A stretch of 64,000 nucleotides of DNA from an uncultured Bacteroidales bacterium (GTDB lineage Bacteria; Bacteroidota; Bacteroidia; Bacteroidales; GCA-2748055): contig CAVZZV010000005.1 of assembly GCA_963779845.1 (NCBI GenBank), positions 879,427 through 943,426 on the forward strand. Reading direction: 5' to 3'. The position numbers were made by a program, and so were the translations under genes. Every line of letters begins with the position of its first letter. Positions within the stretch are counted from its first letter, which is position 1. Shown piece by piece: positions 47,493 through 59,100 of the stretch. The notes beneath the pieces were generated by a model. The model was given only the letters and a program-made list of their open reading frames with translations, did not search any database and was not told the origin of the DNA.

Positions 47493-47560
47493 ATTTAGCA
47501 TTTTAATAATTATCAACATTTCTTTATCAATAAATATAATTATGATCGCCTATTTATATC

Positions 47561-47790
47561 CTAACTTTTCACAAAATGATCTCCTTTTTTAGCCTTGCCC
47601 AGTTCTTCCCATGAATCGATTTCTGCACCTGGGTCGCCTTGTGGTTTCATCCAGTTATCCAATTTATGCGAAACTCTCTAATAATGTGGAGCGATTCAAA
47701 ACCAATATGACCTCCTAAATCCCAGTTGTCCATTTACAAAATGGCATTCCTGCTCCTTGCTCTGAAGTTAAAATAACAATTGTTTGGTCT
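47561..47790 (-). pseudogene. Internally deleted, frameshifted relic of a sulfatase of the 2155/4254 class
   Basis: Translated pieces are DQTIVILTSEQGAGMPFCKWTTG, DLGGHIGF... and WMKPQGDPGAEIDSWEELGKAKKGDHFVKS*. They align with KTAVVYLSEQGNSLPFAKWTCYDVGVHS... and ...WMASCGDQGKETEMEAFQHMPTKIKAEKGEE* of 4254-5642. Confidence 0.6.
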
Positions 47791-47864
47791 CACTTTCCCC
47801 GCGAATTCAATTGCCAGAAACAAGTTCCTAGACAATGATGCTTTTTCCTACAAAAATCAAAATA

Positions 47865-49910
47865 CTACTTTGATTTAACAACAATTCTCATCAATGACAA
47901 AGGAAGCATGGAATATTTAATTCGGTTGCCTTTCACTGAAATTTTATCAAAGACCGGTACAATTTTCTCATTATCCCAACGGTTCCTTAAAGCAAGATCA
48001 TCACATTGTATTATCATGAGTTCAGCATCCTTTTCTGATTCAAAACCTTCCATGAACAAGTCTATTTTCTGTGCCGAATCCGCATCACGGTTGCAAACAA
48101 AAATTGAAATTGTATTCCCATTCTCATCCATTAATGCCGTGGCATCAACCACCGGTATATTTTCCTTTTTAATAACGAATTTCCCGGAACTGTTAAATGT
48201 TGGTGAACTGGTTTTGACATTTAAAGGAATTGTTCCATTTTGGCTTGCATACATAAATTGACTCCAGTAAACCGGCTGGGTATAAATAATTCCCTGGTCT
48301 TTTCTAAGTCCACCTCCATGGTTCATTAAAGCACTTCGGGTTACCAATTCCACAAGCCCCTTACTACGAATGCAGGTATTCATAATTCCAGAGTACCACA
48401 AGGCACCGCTGATGCTGGTCACATTTCCTACGGAACGCGGCTGGGGCCAATCCATCAATTCAGTGATGGCTATTTTAGGCTCAACATTAGCCTTTTGCAT
48501 GGGCTCAACAACTAATTCTTGCAGGAAATCCGGGTAATTTTCAACATATGCCACCAGGTCTTTCCATACTTCGACCGGATCAGGATTATCATCAGCTATC
48601 CTTCCAACCAATGAATGAACGGATATTGATCTTACCAAATCCCCATTATATTCCATCAGCTTATAATTCCATTCAGGATCAACTCCCCGATTAATTGGCA
48701 CAGACTTCTCCAATACCCGAATCAATCCATTTGCGACCAATGAAATACTCGAATCAGCTTTTAATAACTCCGGCGCAAACATGGCATAACGTCTTGCATA
48801 ACCATCTCCGTCGGTAAAGCCTATTTGCCATTCTCCACAAAGCTCGTTGCCAACCTCCCATATCTTAACATGGTATGCTTCCTCTGATCCGTTGGCCGCC
48901 CGTAATTTACCCATTTGTGTTGTTACCGGGTCGTTACAATACCTGACCCAGTCAGCCGCTTCTTCGGCCGTTCCATTGCCCGCATTCACACAAATCATAG
49001 GCTCTGCCCCAATTAATTTGATAAAGTTTATCCACTCATCTGTCCCAACATGATTCCATTCCATTACATTCCAGGCAGGATTAGGCAGTACAGGCCTTTT
49101 ATCAATCGGACCGATACCGTCGCGCCAATGATACCCACTTACAAAATTACCTCCGGGAAAACGAAGCAAGGGAAGCTTCATGTTTTTTAGTAATTCAATC
49201 AATTCAGGTTCCCAGCCATCGATATTGTCATCGGGGAAACACAATATCCTTGAAAATTCAGTAATTGTACCCGGTTTAACAAGCAAACGCAGCAAATATG
49301 GATCTCCCTTTTTGTGTCCGGTATAGTTAAGCTTGATTTTCTTATTAAAGCTTTCCCAATTGGAGTTCAGTTTAAAGCTTGTTTCCCCCAATAATGTCTC
49401 ATTAAGATCTAAAAATTGTAAAACAACTTCTGTTTGCCCATCTGAACGGGCAGCTAATGTCACTTCATAACCGGTTGTGCGATGAAGTGGTAAAAATACC
49501 CCCGTTTGAAGGTAAGCTTCCTGATCTCCGGCTTTAAGCTGCTGAAAGTCACGATTCCCGTCTTTCAACAACCTTCCCTTTATGTTTCCGGATGATGCCC
49601 AATAAGCGGCAAAGCCGTTTTTCGAATCATCAACTAAAGAAGATATTTTGAAGCTTTCCTGAAAGTTTTGAAGATTCCTTTCTATGCTGGCAGGCCAATA
49701 GTCGGCTGGAACAAATTCAGGATTTTCCACTTCTTGAGCCCATGCTCCGCCGTAAACATTATTCCCCAGATGTTCGGTAAACAAACCAAATATATTTCTG
49801 GATATTGGGGCTTCTTTTTTACTGGCATCAATAGTTATTTGAACCTGTGCAACTGCCGCATGAGCAATAAATAGAATAAAAAATAAAATAAATGTTTTGG
49901 AATATTTCAT
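47865..49910 (-). CDS. GH51-like hydrolase with a long N-terminal extension
   Basis: 681 aa with a signal peptide. Motifs NIFGLFTEHLGNNVYGG, LRFPGGNFVSGYHWRDGIGP and WEVGNELCGEWQ. Confidence 0.8.
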   Translation of the reverse strand: MKYSKTFILFFILFIAHAAVAQVQITIDASKKEAPISRNIFGLFTEHLGNNVYGGAWAQEVENPEFVPADYWPASIERNLQNFQESFKISSLVDDSKNGFAAYWASSGNIKGRLLKDGNRDFQQLKAGDQEAYLQTGVFLPLHRTTGYEVTLAARSDGQTEVVLQFLDLNETLLGETSFKLNSNWESFNKKIKLNYTGHKKGDPYLLRLLVKPGTITEFSRILCFPDDNIDGWEPELIELLKNMKLPLLRFPGGNFVSGYHWRDGIGPIDKRPVLPNPAWNVMEWNHVGTDEWINFIKLIGAEPMICVNAGNGTAEEAADWVRYCNDPVTTQMGKLRAANGSEEAYHVKIWEVGNELCGEWQIGFTDGDGYARRYAMFAPELLKADSSISLVANGLIRVLEKSVPINRGVDPEWNYKLMEYNGDLVRSISVHSLVGRIADDNPDPVEVWKDLVAYVENYPDFLQELVVEPMQKANVEPKIAITELMDWPQPRSVGNVTSISGALWYSGIMNTCIRSKGLVELVTRSALMNHGGGLRKDQGIIYTQPVYWSQFMYASQNGTIPLNVKTSSPTFNSSGKFVIKKENIPVVDATALMDENGNTISIFVCNRDADSAQKIDLFMEGFESEKDAELMIIQCDDLALRNRWDNEKIVPVFDKISVKGNRIKYSMLPLSLMRIVVKSK

Positions 49911-49965
49911 AGTAAATAAACTTTTCGCAGGTTAATAATTAATTTATAAAGAATGCTTGTTAATC

Positions 49966-52032
49966 CTACAATCTTTTAAAACGGATTAAAGTTAGTGATT
50001 TAGGTTCAAATACATATTCACCTTGCAGATTTAACTGAACATCCCTAATATGTGGGACTACAGCAAAAGGACGCTGAGGTGTATTTTTAATCGTCCCGTC
50101 ACTGCTTAATGTGGTTATTGTTGCATTAACCAATTTGCTTTCAGCACCAATTTGAAGTTGAGTTGAAATACTATCATCCTGAAGGTTAACAATCTTAATC
50201 ACTATTTCATTGGTTTCAGAGTCGAAGCCTGCCGATGAGAACAGATAATCTTCATTAAGTTCTTTTTCATTTTTACCCAGCAGATTTTTGGAGTCGTACC
50301 AAACATCGATCTTGTTATCGCGGAATAGTTTCGACATGTAATAATTGAATGTTTTAAAACTTTTTGAGTTCGTATGAAAATACAGAGGGTTTCCCCGACC
50401 TTCAGTAAAATCCCAATTGCGCAACAATGGACGATCGGCCATCATTGGATTTAAATCGCCATTACGTTCCATATTCATCATAAACACAGCTTCTCCCAGT
50501 ACATCAAGAGGATGTTTCCCTCCAATTCCTAATTCTCCGATAAAATTATCAGGTCCAGGTCGTTGGTATTGATCAAATTTGTAATAATTTTCAATTACCC
50601 ATGGGATATCTTTATAATAATGCTCATCAAATATTTTAACGGTGGAAGGATCGATAAATTCAGCAATCCTTTCCCTTTTCATATCCGCATCTCCTTGTTG
50701 CCCGATAACACTGTTTGCAATTATTTTCAGCTCTGGGTATTTCGACTTTATAGCCTTATAAAATGCATCATAATACCGATAATATGTTGGGCCGGCATCT
50801 TCATTCCCAACTTCTATATATTTTAAAGGAAAGGGTTTAGGATGACCATTCTCCGCCCGCTTGCTACCCCATTTTGAATCTACAGGTCCTATGGCATATT
50901 CAATGGCATCCAGGGCATCCTGAATATAATCCTGCACATCAATAAGAGGATGATGATGCTCATCTTTTTCATCAGCTTTAAATACCCAACCTGTGCAAAC
51001 CATACCTGTTGGAGGCACAAACATTGCATCACAATGAAGGTATTCACAAAGCTCGTAAAACTCATGATAACCTAATCCATCCGTTCTGTAATTTGGCGAC
51101 CATTTTGACCATGCTCCCGGCCGTTTTGACAGATCTCCTATGGTTTCTTTCCAATAATACATGGTTTCCACATTCACACCATGAACAATACAACCTCCCG
51201 GGAAACGCAAGAAATCGGGGGCATAATCAATCAGGTTTCTCATAATATCCGCCCTAAAAACTGTCCTCCCGTTATCCCAGGTATCACCTGGGAAAAGGGT
51301 AACAACATCAAGAAATACTTTACCTTTCCCAACAGGTTCAAAGCACAACATCCCTTTTTCTGTACATGTATTTGCTTCAATGGAAAAATTAAATTTCTCC
51401 CACTCGGTGGTCAATTCAGATACTTCAAATGCATCTGAAATCTTTTCGCCAGTGGAATCGCACAAAAAAACATTTAGGCTTCCATTAAATTCTTCTGCTC
51501 TCGAATAAAATGAAAGATTATACCGGTTACCTTGTTTAAAGTACATCCCGAAAAATCCGCTATTTACTACACTTCCATTGCCCCTGGACGAGTTTCCTTT
51601 TGCCAAAATTTTCAAGGAATGTGGATTGAATTTATTCAATGGGTTTGTATCGACTACCTTCAGTTCTATATTCTTGTTATTCAACGGATATTTACCCCAT
51701 CCCACCAAAGGATCTATAGAGTATTCTTTTTTCTTTGGATTCCCTGTCGGATCTGGAATGTTCGTATAATAACCATCTTTGACTTCCAATCCCCGGGGAG
51801 GGTTTGCTTCTTCCAAGGCGCTGTTACGAACCATTTCGGCATAAAGCCCTCCCTCTCCCATCATTCCGATCTCTTCATAATGCCAGCCATATTCAATAGG
51901 AGAAACTTTTCTGGAATTGGACAGATTGATCTTAAGTATATTCTTTTCGCTTTTTTCAGTTTGAGCGAAAATGCTAAAACAATTTTGAATGAAAATTGCT
52001 ACAATAATTATTATGAATTTTGATTTTTTCAT
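49966..52032 (-). CDS. GH51-like hydrolase with a long N-terminal extension
   Basis: 688 aa with a signal peptide. Motifs FLRFPGGCIVHG...YWKETIGDLSKRPG and YIEVGNEDAG. Divergent from the other two GH51-type genes. Confidence 0.72.
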   Translation of the reverse strand: MKKSKFIIIIVAIFIQNCFSIFAQTEKSEKNILKINLSNSRKVSPIEYGWHYEEIGMMGEGGLYAEMVRNSALEEANPPRGLEVKDGYYTNIPDPTGNPKKKEYSIDPLVGWGKYPLNNKNIELKVVDTNPLNKFNPHSLKILAKGNSSRGNGSVVNSGFFGMYFKQGNRYNLSFYSRAEEFNGSLNVFLCDSTGEKISDAFEVSELTTEWEKFNFSIEANTCTEKGMLCFEPVGKGKVFLDVVTLFPGDTWDNGRTVFRADIMRNLIDYAPDFLRFPGGCIVHGVNVETMYYWKETIGDLSKRPGAWSKWSPNYRTDGLGYHEFYELCEYLHCDAMFVPPTGMVCTGWVFKADEKDEHHHPLIDVQDYIQDALDAIEYAIGPVDSKWGSKRAENGHPKPFPLKYIEVGNEDAGPTYYRYYDAFYKAIKSKYPELKIIANSVIGQQGDADMKRERIAEFIDPSTVKIFDEHYYKDIPWVIENYYKFDQYQRPGPDNFIGELGIGGKHPLDVLGEAVFMMNMERNGDLNPMMADRPLLRNWDFTEGRGNPLYFHTNSKSFKTFNYYMSKLFRDNKIDVWYDSKNLLGKNEKELNEDYLFSSAGFDSETNEIVIKIVNLQDDSISTQLQIGAESKLVNATITTLSSDGTIKNTPQRPFAVVPHIRDVQLNLQGEYVFEPKSLTLIRFKRL

Positions 52033-52341
52033 TGCTATTATTTTATTGATCTTGGTTTTTCAAAAGTCGATGAAAAAAAATAAATCTATTGAAGTAAACT
52101 ATTCATTTCAAAGTGCAATTAAAATAAATAGATTAGTGTTTTTAAAAGAAGCAGAATTATAAAAACAAACATCAAATAAAATGCAAGCTGAATAAACATC
52201 GCTTTCCTTTGTTCCGAAAATTTCATCTATTTATAATTGTTTATTTTTAAAGTTGTCATATACAACCTGGTGGATAATCAAGCTTCCTATTGATAATTAC
52301 TTAGAATGCTGTTTCATGTACCGTTCGTACGACTCCCCCGT

Positions 52342-54417
52342 TTAGTTTATCAATATTAACCGATCCGAATAAACTCTACTTTTAGTAATCAGTTTCATGA
52401 AATACAACCCGTTTTTCAGAATTCCAAGGTTTATTTCTCCGGTACGCACATCTTGCAAGCAGGTAACCGATTTCCCGTTTATATCGAAAAATTGAAACTG
52501 TCCTTTTTTTTCAAGAACTTCCTCCGAAAACACAATACTTTTAGCCGCAGGATTGGGATAAAAGAGATGAAAACCTGATCGATCTTCAATGGTGGGGAAA
52601 GCCGTCTCCTGCCCTTTAAAACTATTGGCTATGCCCTTACTCATGATCAACTTTATTTGTTTGGGACTCAGTACTTCCCTGGTCCAAAAGAGGTCGTCAA
52701 GGCTTCCATACAGAAAGGCTTTATCCTCTGTTTTAAAGGCTCCCAACACAAACGGGCCCACTGATTTTTCAGTACCAAAAGCAGCAATCCCATTTAATAT
52801 TCCGTTAACATAAATGCTTTTAACACCTTTCTCAGCATTGTGAACAACAGCGATATGGTACCAGGACCCTGCCTTAATAACCCCAAAGCTTTGTGCCCGT
52901 ATCCCGCTCTCAAAAGAAGCCGGCATGTCGCCATTCAATATTTCCATCATAATCCTTCCCGGAGGGTTGCCGATACTCGGATCTTTTTGGTGCAATATTG
53001 TCATCCCTGCATTGGCTATACTGGTCGATTGATCCATTTTTACCCATGCCCCGAGTGTGCTGCTCTCTGATCCCACATTTATAAGGGCATCCTGCGTAGT
53101 CACATAAGCAGTATTATTGAAACTCAATGCTTTCCCAAATTTACCCTCGGTGTAAGTTTCGGTTCCTCGGGTTAAGTTCAATACCACATTTTCTGGCGAA
53201 GCATCGGTCAGATTATTATCAAAAGCAAACTCCATAAAAAATTTTGACGAATCAGGGGGTAAGCAAGGATCATCCTCGTTTACAAAAAGCTCCTGGATTT
53301 TATAAAAATCATCTATAAAAGTATAATTGAATTGCTTCTCTCCAGTTTCAGAATCATCTTCAATGGTAACTGCCGCAATTAAATTATTAAGCATCCATGG
53401 CAATTTATTTCCATCAAAAGAGGTACCCCAGCTAATCTGGTATGAATAAGTGGCAAGATGGAAAGATTTGTACCGGGACAAAATTTCATACACTTCCAAC
53501 AGATAATGTTTCCTTTCCTCGAACCATGAAGACATACTCAAAAAGTCATCCCATTCTTCTTTTGGACGACGATCGTTTAATGCATAGGAAATGAATTGAT
53601 ATACCAACATATCAGTGGAATATCCATACTTCAAGGCAAATTCTGCCGGGATGTAATTTTGCATATTTTCCTTCCACCAAAAAATTAATGAAAATTCAGT
53701 AAGCAGAATTTTCTGGTCATCTCTGATTTTATCATTCGCATAACTGTACATGGAAATAATATCGCTATTGTATTTATGATGAACATGTAAATCGATACCT
53801 TCAATCCATGACTTTTCTTTTACAAATTCAAGCATTTTAAGTACCCCCTCGGTATCGCGATAGATATCATATAACCTGTTGAAAGCCCCAAAATAAACCG
53901 GTATATCCTCTTTACCGGTTCTGTATTCGTGTACCCTGTTACACATATATTGGTAGAATGGAGCTAATTTTGAATTTCTTTCGTAATCATTCATTGATTC
54001 GATAAAGGGTTCATTGCCAACTACTATAATGTCGATTTTTCCCCAAATACGATTCAAAAATTGCAGGAGAAACTCATTATAAACTGCCATTTCGGAACTT
54101 GTTGTATCAGGATATGGTTTATTATGAAAATTCCATTTAATGCTGAGAATTGTTTGGTAGCCGGCATCTTTCAAGTTTAAAAAATCTTCGAGCCCATCAT
54201 TCATGTCGCTTAGTTTATCCTGGTTTTCATAATATGCAAAAAAGTCAAAAAATCCCCGGGCCCAGGTGGTTTTAGTCCGTCCCAGTTTTACCAGATCTTT
54301 TGCCTGAAAAAGCGATTCATTAAAATTTACCCCCATCTCCTGAGCTTCCATCAACAAAAAAGTGAATAATAAGTAAATCGCTAAGATCCCTGTTATAGTG
54401 AAATTTTTTAAACGCAT
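52342..54417 (-). CDS. T9SS-sorted three-domain protein: clan-GH-A-like TIM barrel, LamG-like domain and CTD
   Basis: 691 aa. IIVVGNEPFIE and ILLTEFSL are spaced as the acid/base and nucleophile glutamates of a (beta/alpha)8 clan-A hydrolase. The middle part (LTDASP...KFGKALSFNN...WYHIAVVHN...IYVNGIL...GSLDDLFWTREVLSPKQI) is LamG-like. The end (FYPNPAAKSIVF...INGKSV...GLYFMKLITKSRVYSDRLILIN) is a T9SS CTD. Confidence 0.7.
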   Translation of the reverse strand: MRLKNFTITGILAIYLLFTFLLMEAQEMGVNFNESLFQAKDLVKLGRTKTTWARGFFDFFAYYENQDKLSDMNDGLEDFLNLKDAGYQTILSIKWNFHNKPYPDTTSSEMAVYNEFLLQFLNRIWGKIDIIVVGNEPFIESMNDYERNSKLAPFYQYMCNRVHEYRTGKEDIPVYFGAFNRLYDIYRDTEGVLKMLEFVKEKSWIEGIDLHVHHKYNSDIISMYSYANDKIRDDQKILLTEFSLIFWWKENMQNYIPAEFALKYGYSTDMLVYQFISYALNDRRPKEEWDDFLSMSSWFEERKHYLLEVYEILSRYKSFHLATYSYQISWGTSFDGNKLPWMLNNLIAAVTIEDDSETGEKQFNYTFIDDFYKIQELFVNEDDPCLPPDSSKFFMEFAFDNNLTDASPENVVLNLTRGTETYTEGKFGKALSFNNTAYVTTQDALINVGSESSTLGAWVKMDQSTSIANAGMTILHQKDPSIGNPPGRIMMEILNGDMPASFESGIRAQSFGVIKAGSWYHIAVVHNAEKGVKSIYVNGILNGIAAFGTEKSVGPFVLGAFKTEDKAFLYGSLDDLFWTREVLSPKQIKLIMSKGIANSFKGQETAFPTIEDRSGFHLFYPNPAAKSIVFSEEVLEKKGQFQFFDINGKSVTCLQDVRTGEINLGILKNGLYFMKLITKSRVYSDRLILIN

Positions 54418-54662
54418 AAGACTTGATTTATTATTGCTTTCAGCTTTGCTTCATTTTTCCTGTTTATATTAAAAATTTATTTCGCCCTTCTACTGGCAGT
54501 CTCTTTAAACCTGTTTTCCAGGACAATATTTGGGTCGAAAAAACAACATATCATGGACAACTATCCCGTCAGGTCAAAATGGAATCAAAAGGGCTGCTAA
54601 GTATTTCAAACAAAGCAGCCCTAACTAACTATCGACCTAAACTTTTAATGAACTTACCGTAA

Positions 54663-56132
54663 TTAATAACCTGGATTTTGTTCCATTAGTTCATTGGCAT
54701 CCATTTCGCCCTGCGGAATGGGATAAAGCATATGAAAATCCTGAGCAACCGTAACACCTCTATCATGGGCTTGTGAGATAAATTTATTATGTCGAATCAA
54801 ATCAGATCGGCGCAATCCTTCGTAATAAAACTCACGTCCACGATCTTCTAAAATATAATCTCTTAAGGTCTCTTTGGTAAAGTCTCCTGCACTTAAATCT
54901 TCCAAACCGGCCCTGGTTCTAACCATGTTAATAAGATTAATATTTTCAGTATTTGGCCCGTTTATTTCGTTTAATGCTTCCGCCCGCATCAATAAAATAT
55001 CGGCATAGCGCATCAAAGGAAAATCATTACCATGATCAGCGGCAGTTGCAGCATTGTCAAAATACTTCAATGTTCTTAGGTTATTTGGAATAAGAGTCAA
55101 ACTTTGTGTTTTTCCATTTTTATCAACATATGAATCAAAAATTAGTTCGTAACGTTTGTCGTTTACCGTATCGAAGGTAGCAATAAATCCATCGTAAAAA
55201 CGAAAATTGGAAGCCCAATTGGCAATTCCACCAGCTAAAAATTCAGGAATCTTTTCAGTATACGAAAAGTTAGGAGGTAAAGTACATGCCGAAATTTTAT
55301 TACCGAAGCCAACATTCGTATTAGGAGAAACTGCAATCATTTCCTTATTTTCCGGATTTTTATCATGTTCATTTTCCACTTTAAACAAATCGCGATAAGA
55401 TGGAAACAATTCATAGTAATTTAAATCCATAACCCGTTTTGCTGTTGCTGCAGCATTCGACCAATCCTTCGTTAACATGTAAAAACGAGTTAGATACGCT
55501 AAGGCTGCCCCTTTGGTTGCCTTTCCAACATGTAATTCAGTGCCGGGAGCAGGAAGGTCACTCACAATGGCATTTAATTCATCAATAATAAATGTTTTCA
55601 TAGCTGCATCACTTGCACGGGGCATGGCAGGAGGATCCAGGGATGAAATTCTTAAGGGAACAGGACCATAAGCATCATACAAATACACATAAGCCACGAC
55701 GCGCAAATAGCGTGCCTCAGCCAGAAGTTTTGCTTTTATGCTTTCATTAGCAATATTATCAATGTTATCAATAATAATGTTAGTATTGCGAACAACACGA
55801 TATTTCGGAATCCATAATGTCCCTGTTGCCACACAACTACTAGCTGTCCATTGAAAATGTGAATTTGTAACAAAGTCAATATTCATTCCACCTCCAGACT
55901 GGAAAAGGATATCACAAGGATATTCATAATTTGCACAAATGTCTCCATGATATCCATAGGCAAATTTGTAATCTATATACGAAGCATTTAATAGTGCTTC
56001 AACCCCTGCCTGGTTGGCAAGAAAGGTTTCAGGTGACAACTCGCTTGGAGGCGTTTCCTTTAAATAATCTTCGCACGACACTAGTACCAATGCGGCAATT
56101 AAAACTGATAATATACATTTAAATTTATTCAT
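54663..56132 (-). CDS. SusD/RagB-family outer-membrane glycan-binding lipoprotein
   Basis: 489 aa. Lipoprotein box AALVLVSCED. Motifs RYLRVVAYVYLYDAYGPVP, RYADILLMRAEALNE and GREFYYEGLRRSDLIRH. It lies downstream of susC. Confidence 0.92.
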   Translation of the reverse strand: MNKFKCILSVLIAALVLVSCEDYLKETPPSELSPETFLANQAGVEALLNASYIDYKFAYGYHGDICANYEYPCDILFQSGGGMNIDFVTNSHFQWTASSCVATGTLWIPKYRVVRNTNIIIDNIDNIANESIKAKLLAEARYLRVVAYVYLYDAYGPVPLRISSLDPPAMPRASDAAMKTFIIDELNAIVSDLPAPGTELHVGKATKGAALAYLTRFYMLTKDWSNAAATAKRVMDLNYYELFPSYRDLFKVENEHDKNPENKEMIAVSPNTNVGFGNKISACTLPPNFSYTEKIPEFLAGGIANWASNFRFYDGFIATFDTVNDKRYELIFDSYVDKNGKTQSLTLIPNNLRTLKYFDNAATAADHGNDFPLMRYADILLMRAEALNEINGPNTENINLINMVRTRAGLEDLSAGDFTKETLRDYILEDRGREFYYEGLRRSDLIRHNKFISQAHDRGVTVAQDFHMLYPIPQGEMDANELMEQNPGY

Positions 56133-56156
56133 TTCATTTATTTATTAGTTCGTTAA

Positions 56157-59100
56157 TTAAAAACCTATATTAACACCTAAACTAAAAGTTCTGGCCATAG
56201 GATAGGGATCATAATCCATCCGTGCAGCGCTGGCGCTTGTTCCAAGCACATTTGCTCCCGGATCCATTCCGGAATAATCACTTATGGTTATTAAATTTGT
56301 ACCTGAAACATACACACTTAAAGCATCAAACACTCTCCCCCTGGTGCGAATGTTATAGCTTAAGGTTACATTCTGAAGTTTGATGTATGAGGCGTCTTCA
56401 ACAGTTCTGGAATTTACACTGTTTGATCCTTGCGAGCCGGGATTAATAAATGAGGCGTATTCATTTGTGGGATTATCCGGGGTCCATCGATTTACATATG
56501 CATCGGCCAGTTTATTTCTCCTGAAGTTAATAGGATAATATGACTGAACCCGGGTATTGTTTAATAAATCAACACCATAAACTCCCTGAATACTGAAGCT
56601 AAGGCTCACGTTTTTGTAGGAAATATCGTTGGTCATACCCCAGGTAAAATCCGGGATTGGAGAACCTATAATTACTTTATCGTCAGCATTAATTATACCA
56701 TCGGCAGCATCAGCCACACCATCTCCATCTGTGTCAACGGTTAGCTGGTCCTTGTATTTCCAGTCACCGGGTTTTGGATTCTGACTGGATGTTGAAAAAT
56801 CGTCACCTACCTGCCAAACACCCAATATTTCGTGACCATAATAACTATTCATTACCTCTCCCGGACGGATTATCGAAACACCTTGGGTAAACTGCACCCC
56901 TCCCGTAATAATTTCGTCGATTATACCCAAATCCAATACTTCATTTTTTATGAATGAGAAGTTAAGATTGGTAGCCCATTTAAAATCTCCAACAAAATTT
57001 CTTGAAGTTACTGAGAACTCCCAGCCTTTATTTTCAACAGAACCTACATTTTCCAAACGCTGAGTAAAACCTGATTGTAAAGGCACAGGAATGTTTAACA
57101 ATAAGTCAGTTGTTTTACGGCTAAACCAATCAATTGATCCTGAAATTCTTCCTGCCAAAAGGGCATAATCGATTCCTAAGTTTGTCTGAGTTGTAGTTTC
57201 CCATTTCAGATCTGGATTGGCCATACGTGAAGGATCCATGGTAACATATTGTGTGTCTTCCCATATCATTGTCCCACCTGTGCTAAAAGTTGTTAATGAG
57301 TTAAAATTTCCAATTCCCTGGTTTCCGGTTCTTCCCCAGCTAGCCCTTAGTTTAAGGCTACTAAAGACATTTAAATCCTGGATGAACTGTTCGTTACTTA
57401 GTTTCCATGCCAAGGCAGCAGAAGGGAAGTAACCGAACTTGTTATTTTCACCAAATTTAGATGACCCATCCGCTCTAAAGGTTGCAGTCAGTAAAATTCT
57501 GTCCTGAAAATTATAATTTGCCCTCCCGAGATAGGAAAGTAAGGTGGACGGAATTTTGCTGGTATTGATATCAAATGTTTCCTGGCTACCCGATTGCAAA
57601 CTATTTGTGCCAGTGGAGAGCGAAACAAAGTTACTGGCACTGGCATTGAAACGCTCAATAAAGAATTTTTGGGTTGAAACACCTGCCATCAGGTTTATGG
57701 CATGATCAGAGTTAAAGGTTTTACTATAATTAGCCGTTAAATCGGCCACATAGTTGTAAATAAAACCAGCGATTACTGTACCTACCCCGTTAAAATCTTG
57801 TCCCTGTTTTGTCCTGTCGTCAATAAAAACATCCTTTTTTGAAGCGGATACATCCCCTCCAACATTTACTTTAAGAGACAATTCGGGCAAGACAAAATAT
57901 TCTCCATAAACGGTCCCAAACGTTCTGAATGTTTTTTGTTTTGAATCTTTTCCTCGTGCAATGGCTACCGGATTATCTTTTGATATGAAAGGAGATTGAA
58001 CATATTTTCCCTCTTCATCGGTAACCGGCAAGGTTGGATCATAGTCCAATGCGGAACTAATTACTCCTGAAGCTTCATTGGGGACAGTACCTGTTAACAC
58101 CAAATCATCATTTACAAAACTGGCATTCATATTTATCCCAAATTTGAATTTTTCATTTAATTGATTTTGAAAATTAAGTCGGGCTGTATAGCGCTCCAAT
58201 CCTGAACTAATTACAATGCCTTGCTGATTGAAATACCCAAAAGAAGCATAATAGTTTGAATTTCCATTACCACCAGACAACGACAAGTTATGACTTTGAA
58301 CAGGAGCTGAACGCATTACCTCATCCTGCCAGTCGGTCCCTCCATCAATTATTCCTGTTACACGTTCTCCTTCGGTGGAATTTACGGCACCATCGTCTAA
58401 TAATTGGTTTAGTGCAGTCATATATTCCTGGGCTGTCATAACATCCATGGTTTTTACAACACTTTGCATACCATAATAACCATCGTAATTTATCTTCATT
58501 TCTCCCGGCGTCCCTTTTTTGGTTGTAATCATAATTACTCCGTTTGCTCCCCGCGATCCGTAAATAGCAGTTGCCGAGGCATCTTTTAAGACTTCAATAG
58601 AGGCGATGTCATTCGGGTTTAAAGTATTTAAAGGATTTCTTCTGTTTAGGTTATTACCAAACTGTGCACCTGATCCTGTAATAGGGGAAGAGTTATCTAT
58701 CGGCAGACCATCAATTACATATAAGGGCTCATTATCGGCAGTAATTGAACTCACCCCTCTAATTTGAATATTTACCCCACCGCCTGGCTCCGAACTATTT
58801 TGAAAAACCTGAACACCAGAGGCACGACCAGCCAGCATCTGATTTATGTTAGCATTCACTCCTTCAGTTAAATCATCTTTACCAAGAGAAACTACCGAAC
58901 CGGTAAGATCGCTCTTTTTAACTGTTCCATATCCAATGGCCACAACCTCATCCAAACCAACAAAGTCAGTCTTTAAGACAACATCAATATTTGTTTTTCC
59001 TTCAATGGGTACCTTTTGTGATACATATCCAATAAAGCTAAATATTAATGTACCATCTGAAGGAGCAGAAATTGAATATCTGCCGTCTAAGTCTGTCACA

